The translations under genes were made by a program, and so were the position numbers. From an uncultured Trueperaceae bacterium (lineage in GTDB: Bacteria; Deinococcota; Deinococci; Deinococcales; Trueperaceae), in assembly GCA_963799485.1 (NCBI GenBank), contig CAWCXJ010000001.1, positions 128,001 through 192,000 of the forward strand: a stretch of 64,000 bases of DNA, given 5' to 3'. The notes beneath the pieces were generated by a model. The model was not told where the DNA came from, searched no databases, and saw nothing but the letters and a program-made list of their open reading frames with translations. How positions within the stretch are numbered: position 1 is the first letter of the stretch; each line of letters starts with the position of its first letter. Below, piece by piece: positions 1-9,488 of the stretch.

Positions 1-144
1 CCCTAAAATCATCATCCCTTCGACGCCCAGGTTGACGACGCCGGCGCGTTCGGCGTAGATTTCACCCAGAGCGGCCCACAAGAGCGGGGTGCTGAAGGCG
101 AGCGAGCGGGCGATAGTCGGGACGAGCCAGGACTCGAGTTCCAC
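1..144 (-). CDS. Nucleoside/sugar (CUT2/NupC-like) ABC transporter permease, 5' part; runs off the window
   Basis: Manual translation from GTG at 144 (overlaps the upstream TAG): MELESWLVPTIARSLAFSTPLLWAALGEIYAERAGVVNLGVEGMMIL, with the typical ERAGVVNLGVEGMM motif. Confidence 0.85.
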   Translation of the reverse strand, partial: MELESWLVPTIARSLAFSTPLLWAALGEIYAERAGVVNLGVEGMMILG

Positions 145-1265
145 TAGTCACTTCCTTCGGGCGCGGGTTGGGCCGCAGGTACAGCGACCCGGCTGCTTTC
201 ACGCCGCCAGCGGTAACGCAGGAGCGGTTCGGTACCGATTAAAAAGAACAAAATGAGCCCGCTCATGACCCCGGTAATTTCAGCGGGCATCCGGAGCGTG
301 ACCCGCACCACGTCGCCGGTTGCCGAAACCCAGCCGAGCAGCAGCGCCGTAAGAATCGCTGCGAGTGGGTTTCCCCGTGCGAGCAGCGCCACGATGATGG
401 CGGTGTAGCCGAATCCGAGCGAGAGCTGACCCGGCTCGATTAAGCGGTGATGCAGCCCCGCGACCTCGCCGACGCCTGCGAGCCCCGCCGCGCCCGCCGC
501 AATGAGAATCAACAAGAGGGTTGTCCGGGTAAAGTTAATGCCCGCGTAGCGCGCAGCTTTAGGGCTCTGACCCAAGACTTTGGTTTCAAACCCGAGCGTC
601 GTTTTAGAGAGTAAAAACAGCACGGCAAAGGCCAGTAAGACGCCTAAAACGAGCGTCGGCCAGTGCAGCCGCGTACCGGGGAGAACCGGGAGCCACGCCG
701 CCGGGACGAACGTGTCCGTAATCGCCATACCGCGCGTGCTGAGGCCTTTCCACGGGCCGTAAATCAGGTACTGCACGAGATAGCTAGCGACGTAGTTGAG
801 CATCAGGGTGGTGATGACCTCGCTCACGCCGAGCCGCACTTTGAGAAGTGCGGGCAACAAGCCCCAGAGTGCCCCGCCTAAAAATCCGGCGAGAAACATT
901 AAGATTAACAGCCACGGTGCGCCGAGCGGAACGAACAGCGCGACGCCCGACGCGGCAATCGCTCCCGCCAAAATCTGCCCTTCTGCGCCGATATTCCAGA
1001 ACTGGGCCCGAAATGCCAAGACCAGCCCGACACCTGCCAAAAGCAGCGGGATGGCTTTACGCAGCACTTCGGCAAAGCCCCGGAAGTTGCCCAGCGTACT
1101 CGCCAGAATGTCGCGGTAGGCGGTGACGGGGTTGTGACCGTAGGCCCAGAAGATGAGACCGGTGACGAACAGGGCGGCGAAAACGGCCCCCACCGACACG
1201 AGCAAGACGAGTGCGCGTGAGGGGTTGGGGCGGGGCTCGAGCCGCCAGCCGCCAAGCTTAAACAT
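144..1265 (-). CDS. Nucleoside/sugar ABC transporter permease
   Basis: Multi-TM protein with WNIGAEGQ, SEVITTLMLNY and GFGYTAIIVALLAR motifs; in an operon with the ATPase. Confidence 0.9.
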   Translation of the reverse strand: MFKLGGWRLEPRPNPSRALVLLVSVGAVFAALFVTGLIFWAYGHNPVTAYRDILASTLGNFRGFAEVLRKAIPLLLAGVGLVLAFRAQFWNIGAEGQILAGAIAASGVALFVPLGAPWLLILMFLAGFLGGALWGLLPALLKVRLGVSEVITTLMLNYVASYLVQYLIYGPWKGLSTRGMAITDTFVPAAWLPVLPGTRLHWPTLVLGVLLAFAVLFLLSKTTLGFETKVLGQSPKAARYAGINFTRTTLLLILIAAGAAGLAGVGEVAGLHHRLIEPGQLSLGFGYTAIIVALLARGNPLAAILTALLLGWVSATGDVVRVTLRMPAEITGVMSGLILFFLIGTEPLLRYRWRRESSRVAVPAAQPAPEGSD

Positions 1266-2853
1266 GGGTCACACCGCCGGGGTGTTCGCCCGCGTAAATA
1301 GGGGCTTGCGCCGAGCCCGCCATCATCAGCCCGACTTGTGCGCGGTCGGCACCTTCGGCCTCGACGATGCCCATCACTTTACCGCCGAACAACACCAGAA
1401 TCCGGTGACTGAGCCGAAACAGCTCTTCCAAGTCTTCGCTGATCAAGAGCACCCCTGCGCCCCGGTCGCGTTCACTCAGGAGCGCCCCGTGCGTCACCTC
1501 GGTCGCGCCGATGTCGAGCCCATAGGTCGGGTGCGCCGCGACGACGAGCTTGACCTCGCCGCTCGGACGTTTCGAGAGTTCGCGCGCTAAAACCAGTTTT
1601 TGAATGTTGCCGCCCGAAAGCAGCCCGGTTCGTGTATTTAGCGACGGCGTAGAAACCTCGTAGTCACGTACCGACGTTTCGGCAAAACGCCGCGCCGCGC
1701 CCGCGTCGAGCAGGCCGCCGTGCGAAAAAGGCGGGTAACGGTAGTGGCGCAGCGTCAGGTTCTCGTGAACGGGCAGCCCCGGCAACGTCCCGACCCCGTT
1801 GCGCTCTTCGGGAATGTGCGCGATACCGCGCTCGAAGTGTTCGCGGACGCCCGCGTGACCCAGCTCTAGACCCAAAAACCGGACGTTGCCCGCCGTAACT
1901 TTGCGGTGCCCGGTGACGACCTCGGCTAGCTCGAGCTGCCCGTTTCCGGCAACCCCGGCGACGCCCAGGATTTCACCCTTACGAACGCCGAACGACACGT
2001 TTTTAAGTGCCTCGCTGCCCCGGTCGTTACGCGCCGAGACGTCTTGCAGCTCGAGCACCGTTCCCTCATGAACCGGCGGTGCCGGAACTCGCCCCAGTAC
2101 CACGTCGCGCCCGACCATGAGCCGCGCCAGACTCTTCGCGTCGGCCCCTTCGCGCGGCAGCGACCCGACCACAGAACCTTTACGTAACACCGTGATGCGG
2201 TCGGCAACGTCTAGTACCTCACCGAGTTTGTGGGTGATAAAGATGACGCCGTGACCTTCGCGTTTCATCCGCCGCACCACCTCGAAGAGCTTGTCGGCTT
2301 CGCCGGGGGTCAAGACACCGGTCGGTTCGTCTAAAATCAGGATTTTCGCCTCGCGTACGAGCGCTTTCATAATCTCGACGCGCTGCTGCTCACCTGCCGA
2401 GAGCTCATAAATATGCGCGTCGGGGTCGACCTCGAGCCCATAGCGCTTACCTAATTCACGCAGTTTCGCCTTGAGGCGGCGCGTCGGTCTGAAAAAAGGC
2501 GTTCCCGGTAGCCCCAATGCGATGTTTTCCGCGACCGTGTGCCGCTCGACCAGCATAAAGTGCTGCGCGACGAGCCCGATACCTTCGGCGATGGCGTCTT
2601 TCGGGGCGCGAAACCGAACCGGACGGCCTGAGCGAATCAGCTGCCCCTCATCGGGCGGATAGAGGCCGTAGAGCATACTGATGAGCGTCGTTTTGCCCGC
2701 GCCGTTTTCGCCCAAAAGCGCGTGGACTTCGCCCGCACGGAGAGTAAACGACACCTGGTCGTTGGCGACGACGCCTGGAAAGCGCTTGGTGATGCCCTGC
2801 GCGTTTAGGAGCGTCTCGGCTGGCGTCGCGGTGGCCTCGGTCGTAAGCGTCAT
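1258..2853 (-). CDS. ABC transporter ATP-binding protein, tandem NBD (nucleoside/sugar family)
   Basis: Walker A GENGAGKT, LSAGEQQR, DEPT, second-domain LSGGNIQK. Start placed at ATG 2853, 5 nt after a TATAGT -10 box. Confidence 0.92.
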   Translation of the reverse strand: MTLTTEATATPAETLLNAQGITKRFPGVVANDQVSFTLRAGEVHALLGENGAGKTTLISMLYGLYPPDEGQLIRSGRPVRFRAPKDAIAEGIGLVAQHFMLVERHTVAENIALGLPGTPFFRPTRRLKAKLRELGKRYGLEVDPDAHIYELSAGEQQRVEIMKALVREAKILILDEPTGVLTPGEADKLFEVVRRMKREGHGVIFITHKLGEVLDVADRITVLRKGSVVGSLPREGADAKSLARLMVGRDVVLGRVPAPPVHEGTVLELQDVSARNDRGSEALKNVSFGVRKGEILGVAGVAGNGQLELAEVVTGHRKVTAGNVRFLGLELGHAGVREHFERGIAHIPEERNGVGTLPGLPVHENLTLRHYRYPPFSHGGLLDAGAARRFAETSVRDYEVSTPSLNTRTGLLSGGNIQKLVLARELSKRPSGEVKLVVAAHPTYGLDIGATEVTHGALLSERDRGAGVLLISEDLEELFRLSHRILVLFGGKVMGIVEAEGADRAQVGLMMAGSAQAPIYAGEHPGGVTHV

Positions 2854-2933
2854 ATGCAACTATATGAGCCCGGACTACAGACTGCAAGGTGTTCTTTGTT
2901 TGTAAGCACCGTTACCACGGTGCCGGTATTTTT

Positions 2934-3923
2934 CTAGTTTGCAAGCGAATATGGTTGTAAAGTGTCCAGCCACGGCGTGACAGCAGTCAAGAACTTCCGT
3001 GGACATTCTTCTTGCGGGAGATGTCCACAATCTGTCAGCACTTTGAACTCAGCCCCGGTTATGTTTTCTGCGGCCCGTTCGCTTTGCTCGAGCGGCACGA
3101 CGCTGTCTTCGGCACCGCTGATGATGAGCGTCGGTACCTCGAGTTCACCCAAGCGCGGGAAAAGGTCTTCGGGCCGGTTGGCTTTTGTGATCTCCCAGAG
3201 CGCACTGTCCCAGTTGTCGGCCTGAAGCGGTCGGCGGTAGCCGGCAATGTCGGCGTCCGTGAGGCGGCTGGGGTCGGCGTAGGCGCGGCGGAGCAGCTCG
3301 AGCCCCGCGTCTTCACCAAAAGGTCGCATCAGGTACGGCCCGAGTCTTGTGCCCTGCGGCGTGTTGTAGAGCGCCCGCACCCAAGCGGGCGGCCCGCCAC
3401 TTCTCAGCGCCGGATCGACCAACACGAGCCCGGCAACCCGTTCGGGGTGGGCCAGCGCAAAGTTTACGGCAACTGCGCCACCTTCGGAATTACCGACCAA
3501 AATCGCCTTGTCTATCCCTAACTCGTCGAGTAGACCCAAGCTAAGCGCGACTTGCGCCGCCGGCGTGTACGGATTTTGTGCCCCGGTTTGCGTACGCGTT
3601 ACAGCCGGTCGCGCGCTCAGACCGAAACCGGGGCGGTCGAAGGCGATGACCCGCGCCTGTTCTCCCAGCGTTTCGGTGACTTTACGCCACGAGAAGACGC
3701 TCCCACCGAATCCGTGCAGCAGCAACAGGGTTGGCGGCGCGGTGCCGATGTCGGTATAGCGGAGGTTTACGCCGTTTACTTCGGTAAATTCGTCGTTCGC
3801 TCCGGCAAGGCTTTGCGGCGGGACGGTCTCGAGCGGTGGAACCGGGTAGAGCAGCGGCAAAACGGCGGCTGAAACGAGCAGCACGGCGAAAAAGATTACG
3901 GTCAGGCGGAGGCGAAAGGGCAT
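2934..3923 (-). CDS. Alpha/beta hydrolase with N-terminal membrane anchor
   Basis: HGFGG oxyanion motif, GNSEGG nucleophile elbow, CGHLPQEE catalytic His. Confidence 0.9.
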   Translation of the reverse strand: MPFRLRLTVIFFAVLLVSAAVLPLLYPVPPLETVPPQSLAGANDEFTEVNGVNLRYTDIGTAPPTLLLLHGFGGSVFSWRKVTETLGEQARVIAFDRPGFGLSARPAVTRTQTGAQNPYTPAAQVALSLGLLDELGIDKAILVGNSEGGAVAVNFALAHPERVAGLVLVDPALRSGGPPAWVRALYNTPQGTRLGPYLMRPFGEDAGLELLRRAYADPSRLTDADIAGYRRPLQADNWDSALWEITKANRPEDLFPRLGELEVPTLIISGAEDSVVPLEQSERAAENITGAEFKVLTDCGHLPQEECPRKFLTAVTPWLDTLQPYSLAN

Positions 3924-3963
3924 ATAGGGTATTAGACCACGCGCGCCTAAAAGAGCTTTACAC

Positions 3964-4794
3964 TCAGCTTGCCTTTAGCTCGAGCCGCAAATAGGCGCGG
4001 TCGTCAAATGACGCGTTTTCCGGGTGCCGGCCTTTGGCTGCGACGTGCAACTCGGTAAGAAGTGGGTCGTGCGCGAGAACATGCTTCAGCCACGCTTCAC
4101 TCTCGCGTAAAGTCGCGTAAACCTGTGGGTAGCCGTCGCTCGCCAGGACGATTTCACGGGCTGCTGTCGGCACTTTGATGATTTCGACGAACTTTGTCGG
4201 AACCTCGCCTCCACTGATGGCACCGTAACCGTAAAGGCTGTCCGCGCGGTTCATAAACCGGGTCTGTAGCTCGAGCATTGGCCTGATAACCTCGCGCCCC
4301 GGGTCATCCCGGCGGAGGGCTTGGGCGGAGGTACCGGCGAACTGGTGGGCTTGAACAACCAACTGTCTAGCCTTGACGACAACCTCATCTACCGCCATCT
4401 GAGGATTGTGACCCTCGCCGTCGATCAGGTATTGCGGGTCGCCGACCCGCCACAGCTCGCGCCGCGCCGCCGAATACATCACCAAGACAAAGCACAGGGG
4501 CCGTGAAGGTGCACGGTCGGGTCGGGCGTCTTGCAACCCCTCTTTTACGGCCTCGGACATCTGGATTACGGCTTCGTGTGCAGCTACGTCCGGCGAGAGT
4601 GTTTTGGTGACCTGTGCGCCTATTTGGGCGACAAAGCGGGCTGCGCCGACGCCGCCGTAAAGTGCGCCCGAGCTGTCGGTCGCGCCGTCTAAAACGGCTG
4701 CAAAGTGTGGCGTAACGACGAGGAGGTCGTCGCCACCGTCGGCAGCGCCTGTTTTCGAGCAGAGATGAGACTCGAGCACACGAAAGGAAGCCAT
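3964..4794 (-). CDS. PP2C/PPM-like phosphatase-fold protein
   Basis: Acidic motifs GDD, LDGAT, VGD, LASDG and C-terminal DDRAY match the PPM metal-binding pattern. Confidence 0.6.
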   Translation of the reverse strand: MASFRVLESHLCSKTGAADGGDDLLVVTPHFAAVLDGATDSSGALYGGVGAARFVAQIGAQVTKTLSPDVAAHEAVIQMSEAVKEGLQDARPDRAPSRPLCFVLVMYSAARRELWRVGDPQYLIDGEGHNPQMAVDEVVVKARQLVVQAHQFAGTSAQALRRDDPGREVIRPMLELQTRFMNRADSLYGYGAISGGEVPTKFVEIIKVPTAAREIVLASDGYPQVYATLRESEAWLKHVLAHDPLLTELHVAAKGRHPENASFDDRAYLRLELKAS

Positions 4795-4847
4795 GTCTGG
4801 ATTTTAACCGCATTTCCTTGATTGAACGCGCGTGCTAAGCTCACGTT
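4795..4847. promoter_or_regulatory. Back-to-back leaderless promoters
   Basis: TAAAAT (minus, 4806-4801) lies 6 nt before ATG 4794; TGc-TAAGCT (plus, 4833-4841) lies 6 nt before ATG 4848; no SD sequences. Confidence 0.65.
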
Positions 4848-5726
4848 ATGACCCGGCTTACACAACCCGTTTCAACCTTCTCCATCGTCGCCCTAGACCC
4901 TGAAACCGGCGACTTGGGCGTCGCTACGGCGTCGAAGTTTTTAGCTGTCGGCAGCGTTGTCCCGTTTGCCGAAGCAGGCCTTGGGGCAGTTGCTACGCAG
5001 TCGTATGCCAACACGACCTTCGGCCCGCGCACCATCAGGGCGCTCCGGGGCGGTATCTCGCTCGAGCTTATCGCCCAAGCCTTCGCCGAGTCCGACGAGC
5101 AGCACGACCAAAGGCAGTACGGACTGGTAGACGTACACGGTCACACACTGACGTTTACCGGCGCGGCGTGTCATCCGTGGGCGGGCGGTCGCACCGGTGA
5201 GGGCTACGCTGCGCAGGGCAACCTGCTCGCCGGGCCGGAGGTCGTAGACGCCCTTTGCGAAACCTTCGAGGCGGCGGCGGGGCCGCTCGCGGAGCGCCTT
5301 ATCGCGGCGCTTAAGGCGGGCGACGCGGCGGGCGGTGACAAACGCGGGCGGCAGTCGGCGGCGCTCCTCGTCGTCCGGGAAGGTGGCGGTTACGGCGGCT
5401 TTAACGACCGTTATTTAGACCTGCGGGTAGACGATCATCCTGCGCCGGTCGGGGAATTGGGGCGGCTCTTGGAGCTGCACGCGCTCTACTTCGAGCGCCC
5501 GAAAGAAGCGGATATCTTAACGATAGATGCGGCGCTGGCCGAGCGGCTACAGGCAGCGCTGGTTCGGGCAGGGCGACTGGACGCGCCTCGAGCTTCGTGG
5601 GACGCTGAAGCGGAAACGGCGCTTAGAGAGCTGGCGGGTACTGAAAACCTCGAGGAACGCCTGCTGGAACCGGGACAGATCGACCGGGTGGTGCTGGGGT
5701 ATCTCGAGCGCAAATACGCTACCTAA
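4848..5726 (+). CDS. DUF1028 (Ntn-hydrolase-like) protein with C-terminal putative peptidoglycan-binding domain
   Basis: TFSIVALD..TGDLGVATASKFLAVG, AQGNLL, GGDKRGRQSAAL, DLRVDDH, ENLEER. Confidence 0.88.
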   Translation: MTRLTQPVSTFSIVALDPETGDLGVATASKFLAVGSVVPFAEAGLGAVATQSYANTTFGPRTIRALRGGISLELIAQAFAESDEQHDQRQYGLVDVHGHTLTFTGAACHPWAGGRTGEGYAAQGNLLAGPEVVDALCETFEAAAGPLAERLIAALKAGDAAGGDKRGRQSAALLVVREGGGYGGFNDRYLDLRVDDHPAPVGELGRLLELHALYFERPKEADILTIDAALAERLQAALVRAGRLDAPRASWDAEAETALRELAGTENLEERLLEPGQIDRVVLGYLERKYAT

Positions 5727-6130
5727 AAGGAATCGGCAAAAGGGCGTGCTGAACTTCCCAGGCAAACGTAAAACGGCTCACAAGAAGTACCGACCCTCAA
5801 CCGACTTGCGCCATAGGCCGGTGACAACGCCAACCGCTTAAAACGTGTGTACTTGACGGATTACTTTTGTTTGACGAGACGTCGAGACAAGCTGCTAGAA
5901 TAACTTGGTATTCAAGCCTTACGTTTCTTGACGCGGTTTACCGACCGGGCGCAGCAGGTAAAGCGTCTCGACCTGATTGTCGACCCTTTTGTGGGGGCAG
6001 ATTGTGCTCAGGTACGCGCAAACGTCTTCGACTTGGAGCCGCGAAGGGGGTGCGCCACTTACTGCGTTATATAAACCAGGTTATACAAACCAGCCACTAG
6101 ATTCTAATCAGCTACTCAGGAGGGGTATTT

Positions 6131-8041
6131 GTGCCGCAACTCCAGCAGGCCGGGGAGTCCCGGATACCGATTAAGGCGAGCCTTAACACTCGAGCCTTCT
6201 TTTTAGTCGCCGTCACCTTGTTGCTGAGTTCGTGCAGCACGCTTTTAGGTGATGAGGCGCTCGAGTCCGCACGCTACCGCAGTCGCAGCAACGACCTCGG
6301 ACCCAACGTCACGGTCTTCGACCCGGGTATGCCCGTAAGCGAAATCCAAACCATCCTCGACGCCACCTACGCGCAGCAAGTCGACAACGAAATGGGTAGT
6401 GCGCGTTACGCTTATCTCTTTAAGCCCGGCACCTACGGTACCGACGAAGCGCCGCTACAGATCAAGGTCGGTTACTACACCGAGATTTCCGGCTTGGGCG
6501 CGTCACCCGGTGACGTAACGATCAACGGCAAGATCGAGGTCTACAACCGCTGCCTAGGGGATGACGGCACGAGCAACTGCATCGCGCTCAACAACTTCTG
6601 GCGCACGCTTTCAAACCTCACGGTAAACATAAATGCGAAAGATCAGGACGGTTGCCGCGCCTCCGCCAACTTTTGGGCCGTGTCACAGGCGGTCTCGGTA
6701 CGCCGCGTCGATGTTAGCGGTGGTACCTTCTCGCTGATGGATTACTGCACGGCGGAGCCTCGGTTTGCCAGTGGTGGCTATATTGCCGACACGCGCGCCG
6801 AGACGATTCTCAACGGCTCGCAGCAGCAGTGGTTTACCCGCAACAGTACGGTTGGTGAATGGACGAACGGCGTATGGAACCAGGTATTTGCGGGCGTCGA
6901 GGGTGCGCCGGACGATGCGGGATTTCCCGACCCGCCCTACACGGCCCTCGAGACCACGCCGGTCAGCCGCGAAAAGCCGTACCTGTTCGTTGACGGGCGG
7001 GGTAAGTACAACGTCCGTGTGCCTGCTGCACAGACAAATACCCGCGGCATTTCATGGGATGAGGGCATGACCCGGGGCCGCACGGTTCCGCTCGGCGAGT
7101 TCTTTATCGCGCGACCGTCGGACTCGGTGCAGACCATCAACAACGCGCTTGCCCGCGGCAGAAACTTGCTCCTTACACCGGGCGTCTACGACATTGCCAA
7201 AACCATCAAGGTCAAGCGCGCAGATACGGTTGTGCTGGGTATCGGGCACGCAACCCTCAAAGCGGTCGGCGGCGCTGTCCCTATGGAGGTGGCTGACGTT
7301 CCCGGCGTGGTGATTGCGGGCGTCACGGTTGACGCCGGGAGCGAACTGTCCCCGGTGCTTTTACGGGTTGGTAAAAAGAACGGCAACCGCAGCCCTAAAA
7401 AGAGCGGCGCGGCTAACCCGACCACGCTCTCAGACGTGTACTTCCGCGTAGGTGGCCCGTACGTCGGCAAGACGGTCGTGGCCCTCGAGGTCAACAGCGA
7501 CTTTGTTCTTATCGACCACACCTGGGTCTGGCGCGCCGACCACGGTATCGAAGGCTTTACCGAGGGCGTCAACGGCGACACCGAACGCTGGAACACCAAC
7601 TTGGGGCGCAACGGTGCCGTCATAAACGGCGACAACGTGACGGCGACGGGTCTTTTCGTCGAGCATTTCCAGGAGTACAACACCATCTGGAACGGCGAGA
7701 ACGGTACGACGATTTTGTACCAGAACGAGCTGCCGTACGACCCACCGACACAAGCTGATTGGATGAACGGCGACACGCTCGGCTGGGCCGGGTACAAGGT
7801 TGCCGACGACGTAAAGTCACACAATCTTTACGGCGGCGGCGTCTACGTGTTTAACCAGAACAATCCGGCTATCGTTACGGAGAACGGCTTTGAAGTCCCG
7901 GTGACGCCGGGGGTTCGGCTCGAGCACATCCTGACGGTTAATCTAGGCGCAGGTACCATCGAACACGTGGTCAACGGCGTGGGGGGGCAAGTTGACAACA
8001 GCAATACCGGAACCCCAGCTTATGTGCTGAACTACCCGTAA
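6131..8041 (+). CDS. GH55-family (actinobacterial type) exo-beta-1,3-glucanase-like lipoprotein
   Basis: Lipobox LLSSC; GPNVTVFDP, NFWR, WAVSQA, SQQQW, WVWRADHG, GLFVEHFQ, YQNELPYD as in bacterial GH55 beta-helix enzymes; SD GGAGG upstream. Confidence 0.8.
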   Translation: MPQLQQAGESRIPIKASLNTRAFFLVAVTLLLSSCSTLLGDEALESARYRSRSNDLGPNVTVFDPGMPVSEIQTILDATYAQQVDNEMGSARYAYLFKPGTYGTDEAPLQIKVGYYTEISGLGASPGDVTINGKIEVYNRCLGDDGTSNCIALNNFWRTLSNLTVNINAKDQDGCRASANFWAVSQAVSVRRVDVSGGTFSLMDYCTAEPRFASGGYIADTRAETILNGSQQQWFTRNSTVGEWTNGVWNQVFAGVEGAPDDAGFPDPPYTALETTPVSREKPYLFVDGRGKYNVRVPAAQTNTRGISWDEGMTRGRTVPLGEFFIARPSDSVQTINNALARGRNLLLTPGVYDIAKTIKVKRADTVVLGIGHATLKAVGGAVPMEVADVPGVVIAGVTVDAGSELSPVLLRVGKKNGNRSPKKSGAANPTTLSDVYFRVGGPYVGKTVVALEVNSDFVLIDHTWVWRADHGIEGFTEGVNGDTERWNTNLGRNGAVINGDNVTATGLFVEHFQEYNTIWNGENGTTILYQNELPYDPPTQADWMNGDTLGWAGYKVADDVKSHNLYGGGVYVFNQNNPAIVTENGFEVPVTPGVRLEHILTVNLGAGTIEHVVNGVGGQVDNSNTGTPAYVLNYP

Positions 8042-8059
8042 ACGGAACAACTTACCGCT

Positions 8060-8087
8060 AGAAGCAGCCTTGAGAAAGGCTGCTTCT
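8060..8087. terminator. Hairpin terminator between convergent genes
   Basis: AGAAGCAGCCTT-GAGA-AAGGCTGCTTCT, a perfect 12-bp stem. Confidence 0.75.
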
Positions 8088-8170
8088 TACGTCGGGAAGA
8101 CGCATAATCTGACGGGTTTGGGGGTGGCTCGAGCGCAAATACTCAGCTCGAGCTTACAAGTCGGTGTCGT

Positions 8171-8629
8171 TTAAGAATCCAAGCATTTTGCGTATGAAAC
8201 GTCTCTCATTACAACAGTTTGTGGTTCAAATTTGACGAGTACGCTGTCGGGGTCAAGGAGTGCGGCTCTGAAGCGCTCGTCCCATGCGCTTTCGTCATTT
8301 CCTAAATAACGCCGCAATAGAGCGCGTGCGCGTCCAGCATCAAAAATTTCTAGCGTCGCGTGTCCCCTCATTCCGACATGTTCAACGAGGCCGGTTTGAA
8401 CATCGAAATCAACGATACCGACAGCGCAGCGGGAGTCTTTTTGTATACGTTTTGGAAAAGTGTCGGTTTGCTTGTTGCCAATAATCCAGATTGCGTTTTC
8501 CTCCCATAAAAACCAGACCGGCGAGTCTCTTGGGCCGTCTTCTGAAGCTGTTGCCAAGTGCGCGAAGAGCGGACGGGAGAAAAAATTCTCAAAATCCGGT
8601 GAACGCTCTCGGTCACGGATAATCTTCAT
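8171..8629 (-). CDS. Pyridoxamine 5'-phosphate oxidase-like (split-barrel flavin-binding) protein
   Basis: PLFAHLATASEDGPRDSPVWF, HVGMRGHA; visibly lower GC than its neighbours. Confidence 0.8.
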   Translation of the reverse strand: MKIIRDRERSPDFENFFSRPLFAHLATASEDGPRDSPVWFLWEENAIWIIGNKQTDTFPKRIQKDSRCAVGIVDFDVQTGLVEHVGMRGHATLEIFDAGRARALLRRYLGNDESAWDERFRAALLDPDSVLVKFEPQTVVMRDVSYAKCLDS

Positions 8630-8636
8630 GGTATAG

Positions 8637-9488
8637 CTACTGCCCCCGAAACTCCGCCGCCCGCTTCTCCAAAAACGCGCTCGTCCCCTCTTTGGCGTCT
8701 TCGGTCAACAGCGCCATCCCGAACAGGTCGGCCTCGACCTCGAGCCCCTGACTCAAACCCAAATCCAGGCCGCGCACCACGGCCTCTTTGGCAAGCCCGA
8801 GTGCGACCGGTGCATTTTTCAGGGTGAGACGGGCGAGGTCTAAAGCGCCTTCTAAAGCGTCCTCAACCACCCGGTTGACGAGCCCCATCTGCAGCGCTTC
8901 GTCCGCACCGACGTGTCTCCCCGTAAAAATTAAATCGAACGCCCGCCCCTGACCGATCAGCCGCGGTAAGCGCTGCGTACCGCCGTAACCGGGAATTAAA
9001 CCGAGGCCGACTTCAGGCAGGCCGAGTTTTGCCGTGTGACTAGCAACGCGCAGGTCGGCGGCTAAGGCCAGCTCGAGCCCGCCCCCGAGCGCAAACCCGT
9101 TGACAGCGGCAACCGTCGGGATGGGTAGCGCCGCCAGGGTGTTCATCACGTCTTGTCCGGCTAACGCACTCTCACGTCCGCTAAAGCCGTCCGTGGAACC
9201 CTGAAGCCCGGCAATGTCGGCCCCCGCCGCAAACGCCCGCCCGCTCCCGGTAATCACGAGCGCCCGCACGCCGAGGTCGGCCTGCGCCAGCTCAAAGGCA
9301 ACCCCGAGCTCATATAAAACCTGCGCGTTCAGGGCGTTGAGCGCGTCGGGCCGGTCGATGGTGATAACTGCGACGCCACCGTCAACGTCGAAACTCAGCG
9401 TCTCGAGCTCCGAAGTAAGGTCTTCAAGCTCGAGGTCATCGTGCTCGTGCAAATGCTCGTGTTCGTCGTGACTGTGGGTATCGCTCAC
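8637..9488 (-). CDS. Enoyl-CoA hydratase (crotonase)
   Basis: RPDALNAL, AFAAGADI, GFALGGGLEL, LPEVGLGLIPGYGGTQRL; His/Glu-rich N-terminus. Confidence 0.92.
   Translation of the reverse strand: MSDTHSHDEHEHLHEHDDLELEDLTSELETLSFDVDGGVAVITIDRPDALNALNAQVLYELGVAFELAQADLGVRALVITGSGRAFAAGADIAGLQGSTDGFSGRESALAGQDVMNTLAALPIPTVAAVNGFALGGGLELALAADLRVASHTAKLGLPEVGLGLIPGYGGTQRLPRLIGQGRAFDLIFTGRHVGADEALQMGLVNRVVEDALEGALDLARLTLKNAPVALGLAKEAVVRGLDLGLSQGLEVEADLFGMALLTEDAKEGTSAFLEKRAAEFRGQ

Noticed and set aside
9420..9488. His-rich N-terminus on the crotonase as a novel metal-binding tag
   Set aside because: I recall similar His/Glu-rich starts in Thermus orthologs, and nothing else here points to a metal-related role.
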